Shown: positions 51,301-64,000 of the stretch, one piece after another | Layout of the letters: each line of letters opens with the position of its first letter | Position numbering within the stretch: position 1 is the stretch's first letter | DNA from: Paraspadella gotoi | Taxonomy: Eukaryota; Animalia; Chaetognatha | NCBI GenBank assembly: GCA_051294375.1 | Contig: CM119264.1 | Coordinates: 346,148-410,147, forward strand | Length of the DNA stretch: 64,000 nt | Direction: 5' to 3' | The notes under the pieces: model-generated | The model's input: the letters and a program-made list of their open reading frames with translations, nothing else | What the model was told of the DNA's origin: nothing | Databases searched by the model: none | Translations under genes and position numbers: made by a program

Positions 51301-53228
51301 GGCGTCGGTCGGTCCGATGGTGAAGAGAGAGAGGAGAGAGAGAGAGAGGAAGGGAGAGGGAGACGAGAGAGAGCAGAAGGGAGAAGAGAGATGAAAGAAA
51401 GAAGAGAAGAGAGAGAGAGCAGAGAGAGAGCTGGGGAGAGGGCAATTACTGGCCTCTCTCTAGGGCGCATCTCATTGGCAATATGCTAGTCGCCTAGGTG
51501 CCATCTCAAATTGCGGGCATCAGCGATAGGTGATAAAAATTTATGGCCATCCAGAATGCCATTCTCCATCGCGCATCGTAGCATCTCATCTCATGGGCAA
51601 ATTATTGCGCATCTCAGATTGGCCATCTCAATCTCGCATCGCGATACTCTGCCATTCATCTGCGTTTTCTTATCTCAATCTGATTCAGACTGCGCACAAG
51701 GCAAGAGGGAGGCGCGATAACTCGGCACGGGACCTGCCTCCCGGCAGCCTGCTCGTCGTTGCGACCTGTGCATTTTCTCTCTTCTCTCTCTGCCTCTCTC
51801 TCTCTCGTCTCTCATCTCTTCCTTCTATCTCTCTGCTCTCCTCTCTCTGCTGTCTTGGTAAAAAACATAAAAATTAATCATAAATTAACATACAGAATCT
51901 CAATTAAAATCGCGCTCAAACTCGTGACATCGGTTCCTCGCGGGCTGAGGTCTTTCCCTCGTTATGTATGAGGCCGGGTCGTCATATCGTACTGTTTGGG
52001 CATGAGGACTGATGACGACGAAATGACAACAGACGATGACGACGCGAACAACGATGAAGAAGAAGACGACGGAGCGATGAAGACAGGGACGACGATGAAG
52101 ACGACGATGATAGATCTGAGGATGAAGAACGAGCGACAAACGAGGAAGGAGCGAGATAGAGGCGTACAAAATATGACCAAGGATGACCAATGACGGCGAC
52201 GATGATGCGATAAATACGGATGACTGAGGCGATGAAGGACAAACTACGATGAGTGAATGATGAAGAGATGATGAAGATGATGATGGATCGATGATTCGAT
52301 GATGATGATGTCAGATGATGATTGATGAACGATGACGATGAAGGCGGACGACGATCGATGACGACAACGACACGGCGATAAAGACTACGACGATTGAAGA
52401 GACGACTGAGATGAAAAGCGACACGATGAAGACGAACGAAGCGATTCGCCGCCATATAACCATTGTATTCTCTTCGATTGATAGAATTCGCGTCGATTAT
52501 GTCGTTAGTGGTAGGAGAAGAAGGGGAGGGGAGAGAGAGGGGCCTAGAGAGAGAGAGCAGAAGAGAGAAGAGAGAGAGAGAGAAGAAGGAGGTGAGGGCA
52601 TGGAGAGAGAGAAGAGGAGGAGATGAGAACGACAGGAAAGAGAGAGAGAGTGAGCAGGATAGAGAGAAGAGACGAGAGACAAGCGAGANNNNNNNNNNNN
52701 NNNNNNNNNNNNNGAGAGAGAGAGAGAAAGAAAGGGAGGGAGAGAGGAGAGGGAGAGGGAGAAAGAGAGAGAAAGATTAAAAAAGAAAGAAAGAGATAGA
52801 AAAGTAACGGAGAGAGACAGAAACAGAAACAGAATCAGTAAAAAAAAAAGAAAGAGAATAAAAGCATGGAAAATTAGCGATAAAAGAAAAAAAATTACTA
52901 GATTGGGAGAGGGAGAGCAATAGCGACAGCGAGACACAAAAGACAAAATGATGAGAAGGAAAAATCTAATTAAGATAGAAAATCGCATCCACGCCTGATT
53001 TCATTACATCTTGTGAAGAGAGAGAGAGAGAGAGANNNNNNNNNNNNNNNNNNNNNNNNNNNNNNNNNNNNNNNNNNNNNNNNNNNNNNNNNNNNNNNNN
53101 NNNNNNNNNNNNNNNNNNNNNNNNNNNNNNNNNNNNNNNNNNNNNNNNNNNNNNNNNNNNNNNNNNNNNNNNNNNNNNNNNNNNNNNNNNNNNNNNNNNN
53201 NNNNNNNNNNNNNNNNNNNNNNNNNNNN

Positions 53229-53263
<35 letters not shown>

Positions 53264-54554
53264 AACAAGGCTGTGCTGGCGGCATCAGAGCAGAAAATGG
53301 ATTTGCCTCCTATTTTTATGAGGTTCATTCAAAATGACCCAAAGGAATTCGATATATTGATTTTTTTTTTAAACTTTTTCCTTATTCACGATGAAAGTCT
53401 GAGATTTGAATAATAGTTTTCATAATCAATTTTAAGAAAAAGCGACTTATGATCATTTTGTAGGACATCAACTCTCGTTGTCGTTCGTCGCTCTCAACTT
53501 CCTTTTGTAAAAGTGTTTAAAAGTATAAACAATAAATATATGTTTATAAACATTATTGTTTGTTATAATTCCATTTATATGTTTTAATTATGTTTTCCTT
53601 TCATACAGATTGTGATAATATTAATTAGCCATCGTCGGGGTTTAGTATTGGTTTATTATTGGTTTGGTGCTGGTTTCGTAAGTGTATTACTCATATGTCA
53701 TTCTACATCCATTCTATGTGCTTAGCTATTGAATAGGCGGAGCTTACCTGAGAGATCATTTATATTCTGATTGTATACCGATGCTTGCTTTTGCTTACCT
53801 CCAGTTCTAGTTTACGTTTGTTCCCAAAGACTCGCGTTTCAACCAGCGTTATTGATAATCTCAGAAGGGTGAGCAAGAGACGGAAAACTCCGCTCATCAA
53901 TTATAATCTATCAGTTATTATCAGTTATTATAATTTTATGATACTGTTTTTTTACCATTGTTCACCTAAGTTAGTTAAAACCCTACGTGTTGATGTTTCG
54001 CACCTAATCAGCCATTGAAAAAACTTTTGTTCACACTTTTGCGCAAATTGCAAAAATATTTCAGATGTGGATTGTGGAGTAAATGGAAAAGTGTAGGAAT
54101 ATTTAGAATATTTGAATTTTAAGAATTTAAGGGGCGTTCTGAGAAAATAAGGCCTAAAAAAGGCATTTTGTTTAAAGAATAATTCTCATTTATTTTAAAG
54201 AGCTCAAGATCCTATATACATTTTTTCTATGTACATTTATTCGAGCGATTTATTGTTTGGTATTATTAATCTAATAAACAACCTGTAATAAATATTTTTT
54301 TTGCAATAACTATGACCTTTTCCTAGAAATCCAGGATCGGCTTTCATTATTGGTTTTCATCGATCAAGACGATGATCAGGTTTTTGATTTTCCCAAAGAT
54401 TTTCTGGTTTTTGTGTTTATTTCACGTTTCTAAACAGGTAATTATAGTTTTGTGAAAAATTAGCCAAGGTTTCATTAGAAACAAGTTTGAGCAAATGCCG
54501 TATGTGCCCATTTATATTTAATATAAAAAAGTCTAATCAATGAGAAAAAGAAGT

Positions 54555-54870
54555 TTTTTTTTCATTTAACTCATTTCCACTAGGACGATTCCAGCGAAAC
54601 TTAATTTCTTGCTCAATCACACACTTTTCTACCCACATACAAAATTACAAGTATATCGCCCCATACAATCATGAGTAATTGGTGTTCAAATCTAAGGGAA
54701 ACCAACGGACAGACAGACAAACGGATGGACATCGATTTTTTTGCATCATTTATCAGAATTCGATGTTCTGACATCATTTAAGTAACTTACCGACAAGATT
54801 GTGGGGGCCGACCGATGGACTGACAAAATGAATTATAGAGTCAGAATCTGTTTAACAGGTCCGGCTAAAA
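54555..54870 (-). mobile_element. HINE-like element 5' end (same family as 63186)
   Basis: Reverse complement reads TTTTAGCCGGACCTGTT-AAACAGATTCTGACTCTATAA ... GTCCATCCGTTTGTCTGTCTGTCCG ... followed by the core module. Aligns with 63186-63490. Confidence 0.6.
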
Positions 54871-54876
54871 ACAAGT

Positions 54877-55220
54877 TGTAGCGGTAGTATTTCATACCCC
54901 GTTACTCGTCCGAGAATCGTCAGAGGTAGCACGAGCTCCTCCCAACCCAAAGGACTCGGCTTTTCGCCCTGCTTTTTCACACAATAAAGTGCGATGGGGC
55001 GTCTAAACCACCTGTAGTGATAGACGACAGCCCTATCCAAAGTTCGGGATCTTGTGTGCAACGGATGGTGAACTGCACGCGGCATCGTCTTCCACATTGG
55101 ATCACGTCGGGCTCACGTAAACCTCAGTCCTTTGAGTTTGGAGGAGCTCGTGCTACCTCCGGCGCCAGAGGTGCTGCTGATTGTCAGACGAGTAACGGGG
55201 TATGAAATACTACCGCTACA
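54877..55220. mobile_element. Non-autonomous TIR element (MITE), Ginger-like
   Basis: Perfect 34-bp terminal inverted repeats TGTAGCGGTAGTATTTCATACCCCGTTACTCGTC at 54877-54910 and 55187-55220. TGT...ACA termini. 4-bp TSD AAGT at 54873-54876 and 55221-55224. Confidence 0.85.
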
Positions 55221-55680
55221 AAGTAATATTAAGTTATTAAATACGTTTTTAATGGTAATTAAATGAAATAAGTTAACTTAAGATACTTTTAAAATTTTCT
55301 TGATACCTTTTACTAAATCCTGAAAGAGAGAGCATAATATTATCATTGTATTGCGGCAAGTTCAAGCATATGAGCATGATACCTTCAGTTTGACACAGTG
55401 GCTAATCGAGTAATACCATCAGCTCATGACCATTAGGTACAATTAGGTTTCTACCCTAATTTAAGCTTGATGACGGCCATCAACCACCTTGGGGGTGTGG
55501 TAAATCCTCAAGCCTGGTTCCAAGCCCAGGACCCGTTCCATGGCTTTTAGAGGGGCTTAAAGTTGTGGATAGAACTATTCAGACTATTTAGCGCCTCATC
55601 CACAATATTACGGTTCTTTGTAAGTCATCAACTTGAATTTTATTTCCTTTTTTCAAAATTAACAACTCTTTTATCCCCAG

Positions 55681-58600
55681 TTTATTGATAAAGACTTCAT
55701 CAAGCAATGTTGGAATTGCAACGTCTCAATCGCAGAGGATTCCGTCAATTCCTCAATCAGAGCAAGAGACGAAGATGGCAGCAGTTGTCTTCATGAAGCA
55801 GCGGCCGCTCTTTGCCTCCATCTGGTGGATGACCTGATACAATTGGGGGCAGTTGTGAATGAGAGAGACAGGTAAAATTGTTTTACTAGACTAGGTTAAT
55901 GGGTCTACTGGTTTCAGTTAACATTGTTTTTCAGTCATTTAGCGGTTTTTAGGTACTAGCAGTTCAATAAACCAGTTTTAGTTTCAAAAATTGCAAGATT
56001 ATTTGTTTTACTATATTAGACTAAATTATACTAAATTTTAAAACAAATAAAAAATTCAAACATTTGATTTAAGTGTTAAATTTAATTTTTATTTAATTCA
56101 TTTCATATTTATAAACGTAATGGGGAGATGGATGTTAGTGTCACCGTAAGTATTTGATACTGATTTACTCACCGGCAGCATAAAAAAGGATTTTATTGTA
56201 AATTGTAGGACCACAGTATGATTAATCATAATTTTAACCCCAGAACTCTTTTTTCAGGGTAGGAACTAAGAAAATTATTAGTAGTAATCTTACATCTACT
56301 AAGCGCCTAATTAACAGAGTATGGTGGACTAAAATCTACCAACCGTTCATCAGCGGCCATTGGTGCCGGAGGCAAGTCATTCGCCTCCCAACCCAAAAGT
56401 CCGTGGTTCTAGCCCGGTGGTCGCCTGGCAGTTAAGAGGGACGGGGCGCTTAACCCGCCTGTAACACAGTGTTACAGCCTGATCCGAAGCTCAGGGACTG
56501 CTTATATTGAACGGTTCTGTCACTAACACATAACAATAATTACTGTCTCTTCAAGAGCTTAACCAAATCATCGTTCATATCTTTGTTACAAGAATGAGCC
56601 TTTCATAGACCTAACTACATCGCCCACCACAGATTCGGCGCAACTCCTCTGCTTAAAGCCTTCTCTGGTGCCGTATCCAGATCCGGACCCGAGGGGAATC
56701 TTCTCCCAGTCGCTCGTCGACTTCTCTCTGCGCCAACCGTAGACATTAACGCCCCCAACCGGTTTGGAACGACGGTGCTCAGAGAAGCCCTCGTCTTTTA
56801 TCAACGACACGAGTCGCCGCAAGTGTTGGTGGAACTGGTCGCTAGCGGAGCTGATGTTGCTGTTGCTAAGACAACGGCTCCGAGATGGGATTCGTTCAGA
56901 AAAGACTGGGAGAAGAATTTGAAGAATGATAAAGTTAAGGAAGCGTTGAAGAGAGGTTTGATAGGTAAGAGGACAAAATGGATAGATCACCAGTGGCTGC
57001 GCCAATATATGTAAGTTGCTTTCAAGGGTTTAAACTGAACTGTTACTGCGGCAAAACTAATATTTTGTTACTTGAAATTACTTTTTATAAATTAGTATTT
57101 TGGATATTTTTTTCTTTCAACTATTTTGCCTGCATGATTTTGTCAACCTGCATCATTTTTTAAACTTGCATATTTTTTTCAAAGAGAAAAATATACCCGT
57201 CTGATGTATTAACTAGATAGGTTGCTACAAAGACAAAGTATCTATAGTCTTGTATGTATGTATTTACCGCATAAAAATTGAAAACAAAAATTTAACAGTT
57301 TAATAAATTGATTCACCCACTGGATGAGACTACTCCATGTTAAGTTATCTCTGAACTTAATAATCACGGGTCTATCTCTTAGAAAGAATGGCGATCCCCT
57401 CTCTTGTCATCTAATTTACAGAATTTTGCTCCTCCTGTTTGAACGCTACGTGCACAGTGGATGACGACTCTGTCCGGTGCAACTGTGCCAAAGGATGGAA
57501 GGGAAAGACGTGCGAATTACGTAAGAAGCAAAAGATAATTGGTAGGATAAAGAGTTTTAAGTGAAGGAGAAAAAAATCTCGTTAAGGGAGATTTAAGATG
57601 AGGAGGGAACCTCATTTGTGAGTTGGTTATTTTGTGAGAACGTGTTCGGAGAAAAAAATGATCAGATTTTAGTGATTACATTTGCCATGCGCGATGTTGG
57701 CAAAACTTTGGCAGTCTTTAAGTCCTTTTAACAACCTTAAGTATTTGTGTCTCCTAGTTGTTATTGCAATTAAAAAAGGTGGTCATGATTCAGCAACTTG
57801 GCGCATTCCGTACAGTTTAATCTTTACTTTTGCATTTTGCTGCCATTCAATAGACTGTAGTCATTTAAAGTATTTCTTTTTTTATTTCAGCAACCTGTTC
57901 TTCATGCTTTGATGAATCCTGCATGTTTGATGGCAACAGAGATGATTGCAATTGTTCATTGGAACAGCGCAACAATTATTGTAGAAAAAGTGAATATTTA
58001 TTATATTTTATTTTGGGTCACTTGAGCGGTTAAAATATTTTTAAAATTTGATGTTAAATAATAATCCTTTTTTTTAAATTGCCTTGTTACAACCATGAAA
58101 TTGACATTTTTATTTACAGATGGAACATATTGTAAACTAGATCCCTGTAAGGAAAAGGGAATATGTTTATATACTGATGGTTTACCTTCTTGTAATTGCA
58201 GTTTTGGTTGGATAGGAAAATTTTGTAATCAAGGTGATCAATTTAAAATTGATATCATCATCGTTCATAATGAAATCATATCAAAAAAGCATTTTAACTT
58301 TGTGTTGTATAGATGCTCCCTCTATTTCCAAAAAAACAACACTAACATTCCTTTCCCCATTCTAAAATACAAAACTTTAAATAAGCCTGTTATATTATAG
58401 CTTTATATTTATATTTATAAATCTGGCACTTTATTGTTGAAAAAATATAATACAATGGAATCAAAAGACTTTTAATTTATATCAATTTTCATATCATGAC
58501 CTCCAGATCCCAACTGGCAGGTAATCAGCTCTCATTTACCATTTTGTCTCCACTTTTCAGATTCTCCGTGTCCGACTCCACGGCTCGGCTCAGAATTCTC

Positions 58601-61600
58601 TAACCCCGTGGGTATTCGGCCTGAATGTCGCCATTTTTCCAAAAAGGAAACTCTGACGCGCTGTTGCCAGGAAGGATATTTCTCAGAAATGTCGGATTCC
58701 CTCATCTGCGACTTAAACCGGACATCAAAATCCATTAAGTGGAAAGGATTTCTGTCCTGTTTAACTTACGTCACCAAATACAAAGGAGATCGAGCTTTCA
58801 TTGGTGGAGACAATCAGCAATGCTGGAAAGATGGAGAGCGTTTGAGTGGAAATGAAAATAAAGATGGAAATCGCTGGTGTGGAAATGAAAATAAAGATGG
58901 AAATCGCTTGAGTGGAAATGAGATTAAAGATGGAAAGCGCTTGAGTGGAAGTGAGATTAAAGATGGAAAGCGCTTTAGTGGAAAGGAGATTAAAGATGGA
59001 AAGCGCTTGAGTGGAAGTGAGATTAAAGATAGAAAACGCTTTAGTGGAAACGAGATTATTTTTGATGCAAAAAAAACCAGCTTCGTTTACGTCGAGTGTA
59101 AAGGGGAAAATGAGAGGAGGGCCTTTTCTTACCTGGTTTGCGCCTATTCAACTGAACAAAGCTCACTTGTAATGTTGAGCGGTGGGTTGATAATAATATT
59201 GTTGGTGGCATTTTGTTTGTTGCAAAGGGGAAAAAAATATTGGGTAAAGGTTGCGATTGTCTCGAACGGAGATAATAAAAATAACCAGGGAAGAACTAAT
59301 ATATTTACAAAATTAAATTTAATTGATGAAAATAAACTTCTCATAATCCAAGATTACTGTAAACTATTGGCTTCTGTATTAATACCAATTCAAAGTTTGG
59401 TGTTGTACACAGTGGACGTCGGCTCCGACTGGGTTTCTGTACTCGTTTATGCCCAAAGAGGCTTTTCTTTCTTTTCCCTATTGACGCTGAGTTTTGTGTT
59501 ACTCTGTTTATTTGTCAACTTTATTTTTGGGACTTTGATGTTTCTCAATCACCGACATCTTTATCCACGATTGTCCAGTACTGATGGAAGGAGTGTTTTA
59601 TTCTTTGTTGCCTTTTTGATCAACATGGGACCCGCGTTGTTGATGTACGACATTGTCAGAGATCGAGTAGACAAGTGGAAGCGAACAAGGCACGGGTCTC
59701 AAGAAGAAGAAAGAAATCAAAGAGACTCAACCGAGTTTAAGCTGAAAAACTTGGAGAAACTTAGCTTAGTTGAACTTTTCTGTGAAGGCGTTGGTCAAAC
59801 AATGTTGCAGCTCTTTATACTTAGCTATTCTCTCGGAAGAGAATTGTTATTTGTTCCCAAAAACATTGAGATAATTTTACAGAGTAAACTTTGGTCCAAC
59901 GTTCAGATTGATAAAATTAACGATTATGGACAGGTAATTGCACTAAAGTTAAGTGTACAATGAAATCTGAGATTTTTGTCCACCCAAATGAAAAAATCAT
60001 CTTACAGGTTCGCGGCACTGTCGACCATTGCAACAGCTGGACCGCCCAAGGACCCCATCATTGCTGGACAGCTCAGTACAGTGATCAAATGCGGCCTACT
60101 TTATTGTGTCGCATCGCGGATTGTGGAAACGAGTCAGCTTTTTCTGATGCAACAATTTGGTTGCCACTGATTCAATTGTCAACGAGCATAATTCAGTTTG
60201 GATTTGCTACAGTCCATCGCTTTTATCGTCCAAATCTTCAATGTTTAGCCTCTTATCGCTCGAACCTCAAAGTCATTGGCTTTTATCTCATCTTCATTCC
60301 TTTTATTTCATATTCATTCTTCTCTTCGGTAATTCTTTCTGCGTTTATGGGCGTGTCCCTCTCTTCATTGATGTCCAATCAGAATTTCAGACTCTTGACC
60401 GGATTTGCGTTGGTGGCATCAGTTCCTCGTGTTGTTCTTGGTGATGTCTTGCAACAGGTAGCTTGAATTATGATATTTTAGATATTATGCAATACATATT
60501 ACAATTGTGACATTTTATAAATATTGTACCACTTCATTGATAGGGAAGCCATTTACTCTGGGAGTGAATAACCAGACTGTTAGGGCGTCTTGATTGAAAG
60601 CTTACAGGGACCTGCTATGTCATTATCTTGTAAGAGTGATGGAGGCCTTAAACCACCGAAGTATGTCCAAAGTCAGGGCGCAGAGATAACTTATTTATTA
60701 AATGATTTGATAATTTTTATTTTGGTTGTAGCCATTTCATATATTTTATTGGTTGTGCCCATTTCAAATGTATTTCCCAATTTTTGAAGATACAATGATG
60801 ATAAAGCTTTAAAAAATAGATTATACACACAATTATGGAATTGAATTTCAGATAAAACCACAATGGAAACGTTCTACAGCTTTGTGGGTTTGGAAGCTGC
60901 TTGGACCATATTCTGGATTTTTACTTTATTTCGCCGTTGCTGTTTATTATCATCTGACCAAAGGCTGTGCATCAATTCCGCAGCATCGACTTACATTATA
61001 CAGAGATGCCACAAACATTTATTATGAAGCCCCTTCTTCTTGGGACTCTGCACTGAAGATCTATGTACGTATTGTTAATTACAAGTTACACATGACACCT
61101 TCAGTCAGCTTATGACTCTTAGGTACAGAGATCGATCACTCATGGTACCTACTCTTTTGGAAGCGTGAGGGGGCCTGGAAAAACTCCAAGCCTGATTTAA
61201 AGCCTGATGTAAAGCCTGATTCCAAGGCTGCAAGAGGGGATGGAAGAAGTTGCAGATAATCATCCTCAGCCCACTTAGCGCCTTATCCACAAGTTTTACT
61301 GTTATGTTGTAATGACAAAATTTGTTCAAGAGATGCTTCATTAGATGATGCCTTTAACAGTTCATCAGTTTTTGTTCAGCTGATCCCTTTAGCTGAGGGT
61401 TTTATGCAACATCCCTGCTACTCAGCGTTCTGGCTTTTGTTCCATCTACTTAATTTTGTTGCACAGTTAGGTCAGGTTTTGCCACACAAATGGTAGGAGG
61501 TGGATGTCAAAGTTCTAAATCTTCCATGCCTTACAAGCAATTTTAGCCAAATGCTAATTGTGAAATTGATCTAAAAAGATTATTTGTTTAAATAATATTA

Positions 61601-61978
61601 TATCAAAAGCAGTTGTCTTAAACAAGACCAGAGAAAAAAACGTGCCAATGATCCAGATCCATATGATTTAGATCCAGATAACAAAAAAGTATTATTGAAT
61701 CATTTTGTAAATAACCCAAACAAATTTTTTCACTTCAGTATGAAAATGGCGCTGATTCCCTCGGTCTAAATCCGATGCCAATAGACAAACTTCGCAACAA
61801 GACTGAAATCGAGGAAGCCTTTCAAGTTAGGGCTGACTTTGATTTCTTCGCTGGGATGCACGATTTCTTCGGAGTCGCTTGCGTCGTCGATGTCATCCTC
61901 TCTGCCATCGCCTTTGGATACTTTTATGGGGTCATGGATCCGTGGACAACGATCGGGGGGAATAGGAAAGGGGGTTAG
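55681..61978 (+). CDS. Multi-exon gene, 5' end not found: ankyrin repeats - 3 EGF-like domains - 11-aa repeats - TM - XK-related (XKR scramblase-like) multipass domain
   Basis: Phase-compatible GT-AG exons at 55681-55871, 56633-56964, 57422-57520, 57891-57989, 58120-58233, 58561-59933, 60008-60457, 60584-60769, 60852-61064, possibly 61380-61475, and 61739-61978 (stop). Ankyrin motifs: DEDGSSCLHEAA..LIQLGAVVNERDRFGATPLLKA and VDINAPNRFGTTVL. EGF motifs: CNCAKGWKGKTC and CNCSFGWIGKFC. XK-like motifs: LYTVDVGSDWVSVLVY and LVELFCEGVGQTMLQLFIL. Confidence 0.85.
58830..59058 (+). repeat. 33-bp coding tandem repeat, about 7 copies of SGxEIKDGKR(L/F)
   Basis: Visible in ORF 58608..59963 as DGERLSGNENKDGNRWCGNENKDGNRLSGNEIKDGKRLSGSEIK... 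Confidence 0.9.
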
Positions 61979-62402
61979 ATAGGAAAGGGGGTTAGATAGG
62001 AAAGGGGGTTAGATAGGAAAGGGGGTTAGATAGGAAGGGGGTTAGATAGGAAAGGGTGTTGGATAGGAAAGGGGATTAAATAGGATAGGGGGTTAGATAG
62101 GAAAGGGGGTAGATAGGAAAGGGGGTTAGATAGGAAAGGGGTTAGATAGGAAAGGGGGTTAGATAGGACAGAGGGTTAGATAGGAAAGGGGTTAGATATG
62201 AAAGGGGTTAGAAAGGAAAAGGGGTTGGATAGGAAAGGGAGTTAGATAGGAAAGGGGTTAGATAGGAAAGAGGGTTAGATAGGAAAGGGGATTAGATAGG
62301 ATAGGGGGTTAGATCGGAAAGGGAATTAGATAGGAAAGGGGATTAGATAGGATAGGGGGTTAGATCGGAAAGGGGGTAAGATAAGAAAGAGGGTGAGATA
62401 GG
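61960..62402 (+). repeat. 17-bp G-rich minisatellite (AGGAAAGGGGGTTAGAT)n, about 25 units
   Basis: Direct reading of tandem units with small variants. Confidence 0.95.
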
Positions 62403-63185
62403 AAAGAGCGAAAAAGTGGGGTGCAGTGGACTTAAGGGCAGAAAGCGATGGGGTTGAGGGTGAACGTTTGGGATTGAAATTAACATCGATGATATGAAAA
62501 GATTGATAAAGATGGAAAGAGGAAAGTGAAAAAAGTGAAACTAATTTCAGATCGTAATAAGAAGTTAGCTCGGCATCAGGTGACTGTTCTTGGCGTCTGT
62601 ACAGTTGATAATAGTTATTTAATCTCAAAATGAAACTCACTGATTTAAAACATTCAAAAAATCTTAAAAGGAAACTACCCAGATATCCAACAGAACCACT
62701 TTTTTTTCTAAATCACTACTCAAAAATTAATTCTCCATTTTGAGGAAGAAAAGAAAATCTGGATTCTTGAAATCTGAAAGGAAAAATTCCTAGCTCAACT
62801 TTGTCCCAAGTTTATTAAAATATGACAAAATTAGTTTGACTGCTAGGAAGGTTTTTGTAAAATTGGGTCACTTGACAATTAACATTTATGTAACATCCGT
62901 GTCAAGTAATTTTATCTCTCTCAATATATTGTCAATTCATCTTCAATAGTCCATTGTCCCCCCGAAGCTCAGGTCGTTTCCATGTAGACCCTACTGTATG
63001 TATGTGTGTATTTCTAACAACTGGTCTCTTGTTTACTTTTTTGCACCAAATAAATTCGTTGCCAAGACTCATTTTGTTCGATTGATCTCATAAAAAACTC
63101 CATCTGCCATCGACGCCTTTTGGAACGAGGCAAAACGCCCACTCTCTCTCTCTCTCTCTCTCACTCTCTCTCTCTTCTCTCTCCG

Positions 63186-63720
63186 TTTTTAGTCGGATCT
63201 GCTTTTCAGCAGATCCGACTCTATAATTCACTTGTCGCTCCGTCGGTTTAGTCGGGCATTCACTTATATCATGTCAGAATATCAAATTATGATAAATTAT
63301 GCAAAAAAACTATATGCGTCCGTCCGTTCATCCGTCTGTCCCACCTGAGCAAAAAACTCCCATTACTCGTTATTGGATGGATGAAGTGGAATGAAATGTT
63401 GTGTGTGGGTAGGAAAGTGTGTAATTGAGCTGCATATGAGGTTTCAATGGAATCGTCCAAGTGGAAATGAGTTTAAATGGAAAAAACAAAAAATATATTT
63501 CACTATTTAAACACTAAATACTCATGAGTGGAGGGGGCAATTGACTTGAAATTTTGTATGTGGGTAGCAAAGTGTGTGTTGAAGCTGGAAATCAAGATTT
63601 GATGGAATCGTTTGAGTGGAAATGAGTTTAAATGGAAAAAAAACAAAAAACCTGTTTCACTAATTAATTATGCTTATTTTTATTTTATATTAAATGTAAA
63701 TATAAGATGTAATAATTGAT
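63186..63720 (+). mobile_element. Helentron-associated (HINE/DINE-1-like) element, 5' part
   Basis: T-run, then perfect hairpin AGTCGGATCTGCT-tttc-AGCAGATCCGACT (63191-63220), then a (GTCY)-like microsatellite at 63317-63341, then two ~90-bp core modules (TGTATGTGGGTAG..AAGTGTGT..GTGGAAATGAGTT). Confidence 0.65.
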
Positions 63721-63890
63721 CAAATAATTAATCAGTTAATTAATCAATTAGTTAATTATTTAATCAATAATTAATTAATCAATTAGTCAATATTAATTAT
63801 TCAATTAATCAAATTATTTATTAATTAATTAATTATTTATCAATCAATGAAACAATGAATCAATCAATCAATCAATTCAATCAATCAGGT
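63715..63890. repeat. (AATT/AATC)n low-complexity tract
   Basis: Direct reading. Confidence 0.8.
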
Positions 63891-64000
63891 CAATTGTCAT
63901 CGGCATTATTGTTGTCGTCGCCATCATCGTCGTTGTTGCTTTTGTCGTGGTCAGTGACAAAAAGACCTAAAAACAATCATTTCGGATCAAAATAATTAAT

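Noticed and set aside
56586-57005. 139-aa minus-strand ORF
   Set aside because: Antisense shadow of ankyrin exon 56633-56964.

Overview
AT-rich animal (probably invertebrate) genomic DNA from a gap-filled draft assembly: there are many 25-N gaps, and several segments show insertion-rich long-read noise. Positions 1-54870 are a nest of repeats. Its core is an ~8.4 kb imperfectly palindromic cassette, present at 14150-22470 and 22598-31209, plus an inverted partial copy at 1-4851. Each arm of the cassette carries co-oriented small orphan genes pointing outward. Paralogues in the two arms conserve protein sequence through synonymous changes. The opposite strand carries a regular chain of canonical GT-AG introns, and three of them sit nested inside the sense introns. 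The cassette is flanked by Helentron/HINE-like modules, minisatellites and degenerate TTAGGG-like tracts. No transposase, reverse transcriptase or capsid gene is visible. Positions 55681-61978 hold a cleanly spliced host gene, 5'-incomplete, encoding ankyrin repeats + 3 EGF-like domains + TM + an XK-related multipass domain. Also present are a Ginger-like MITE (54877-55220) and a hammerhead-like insert with a target-site duplication (TSD). Several large duplications are probably assembly artefacts. All alignments were done by eye.
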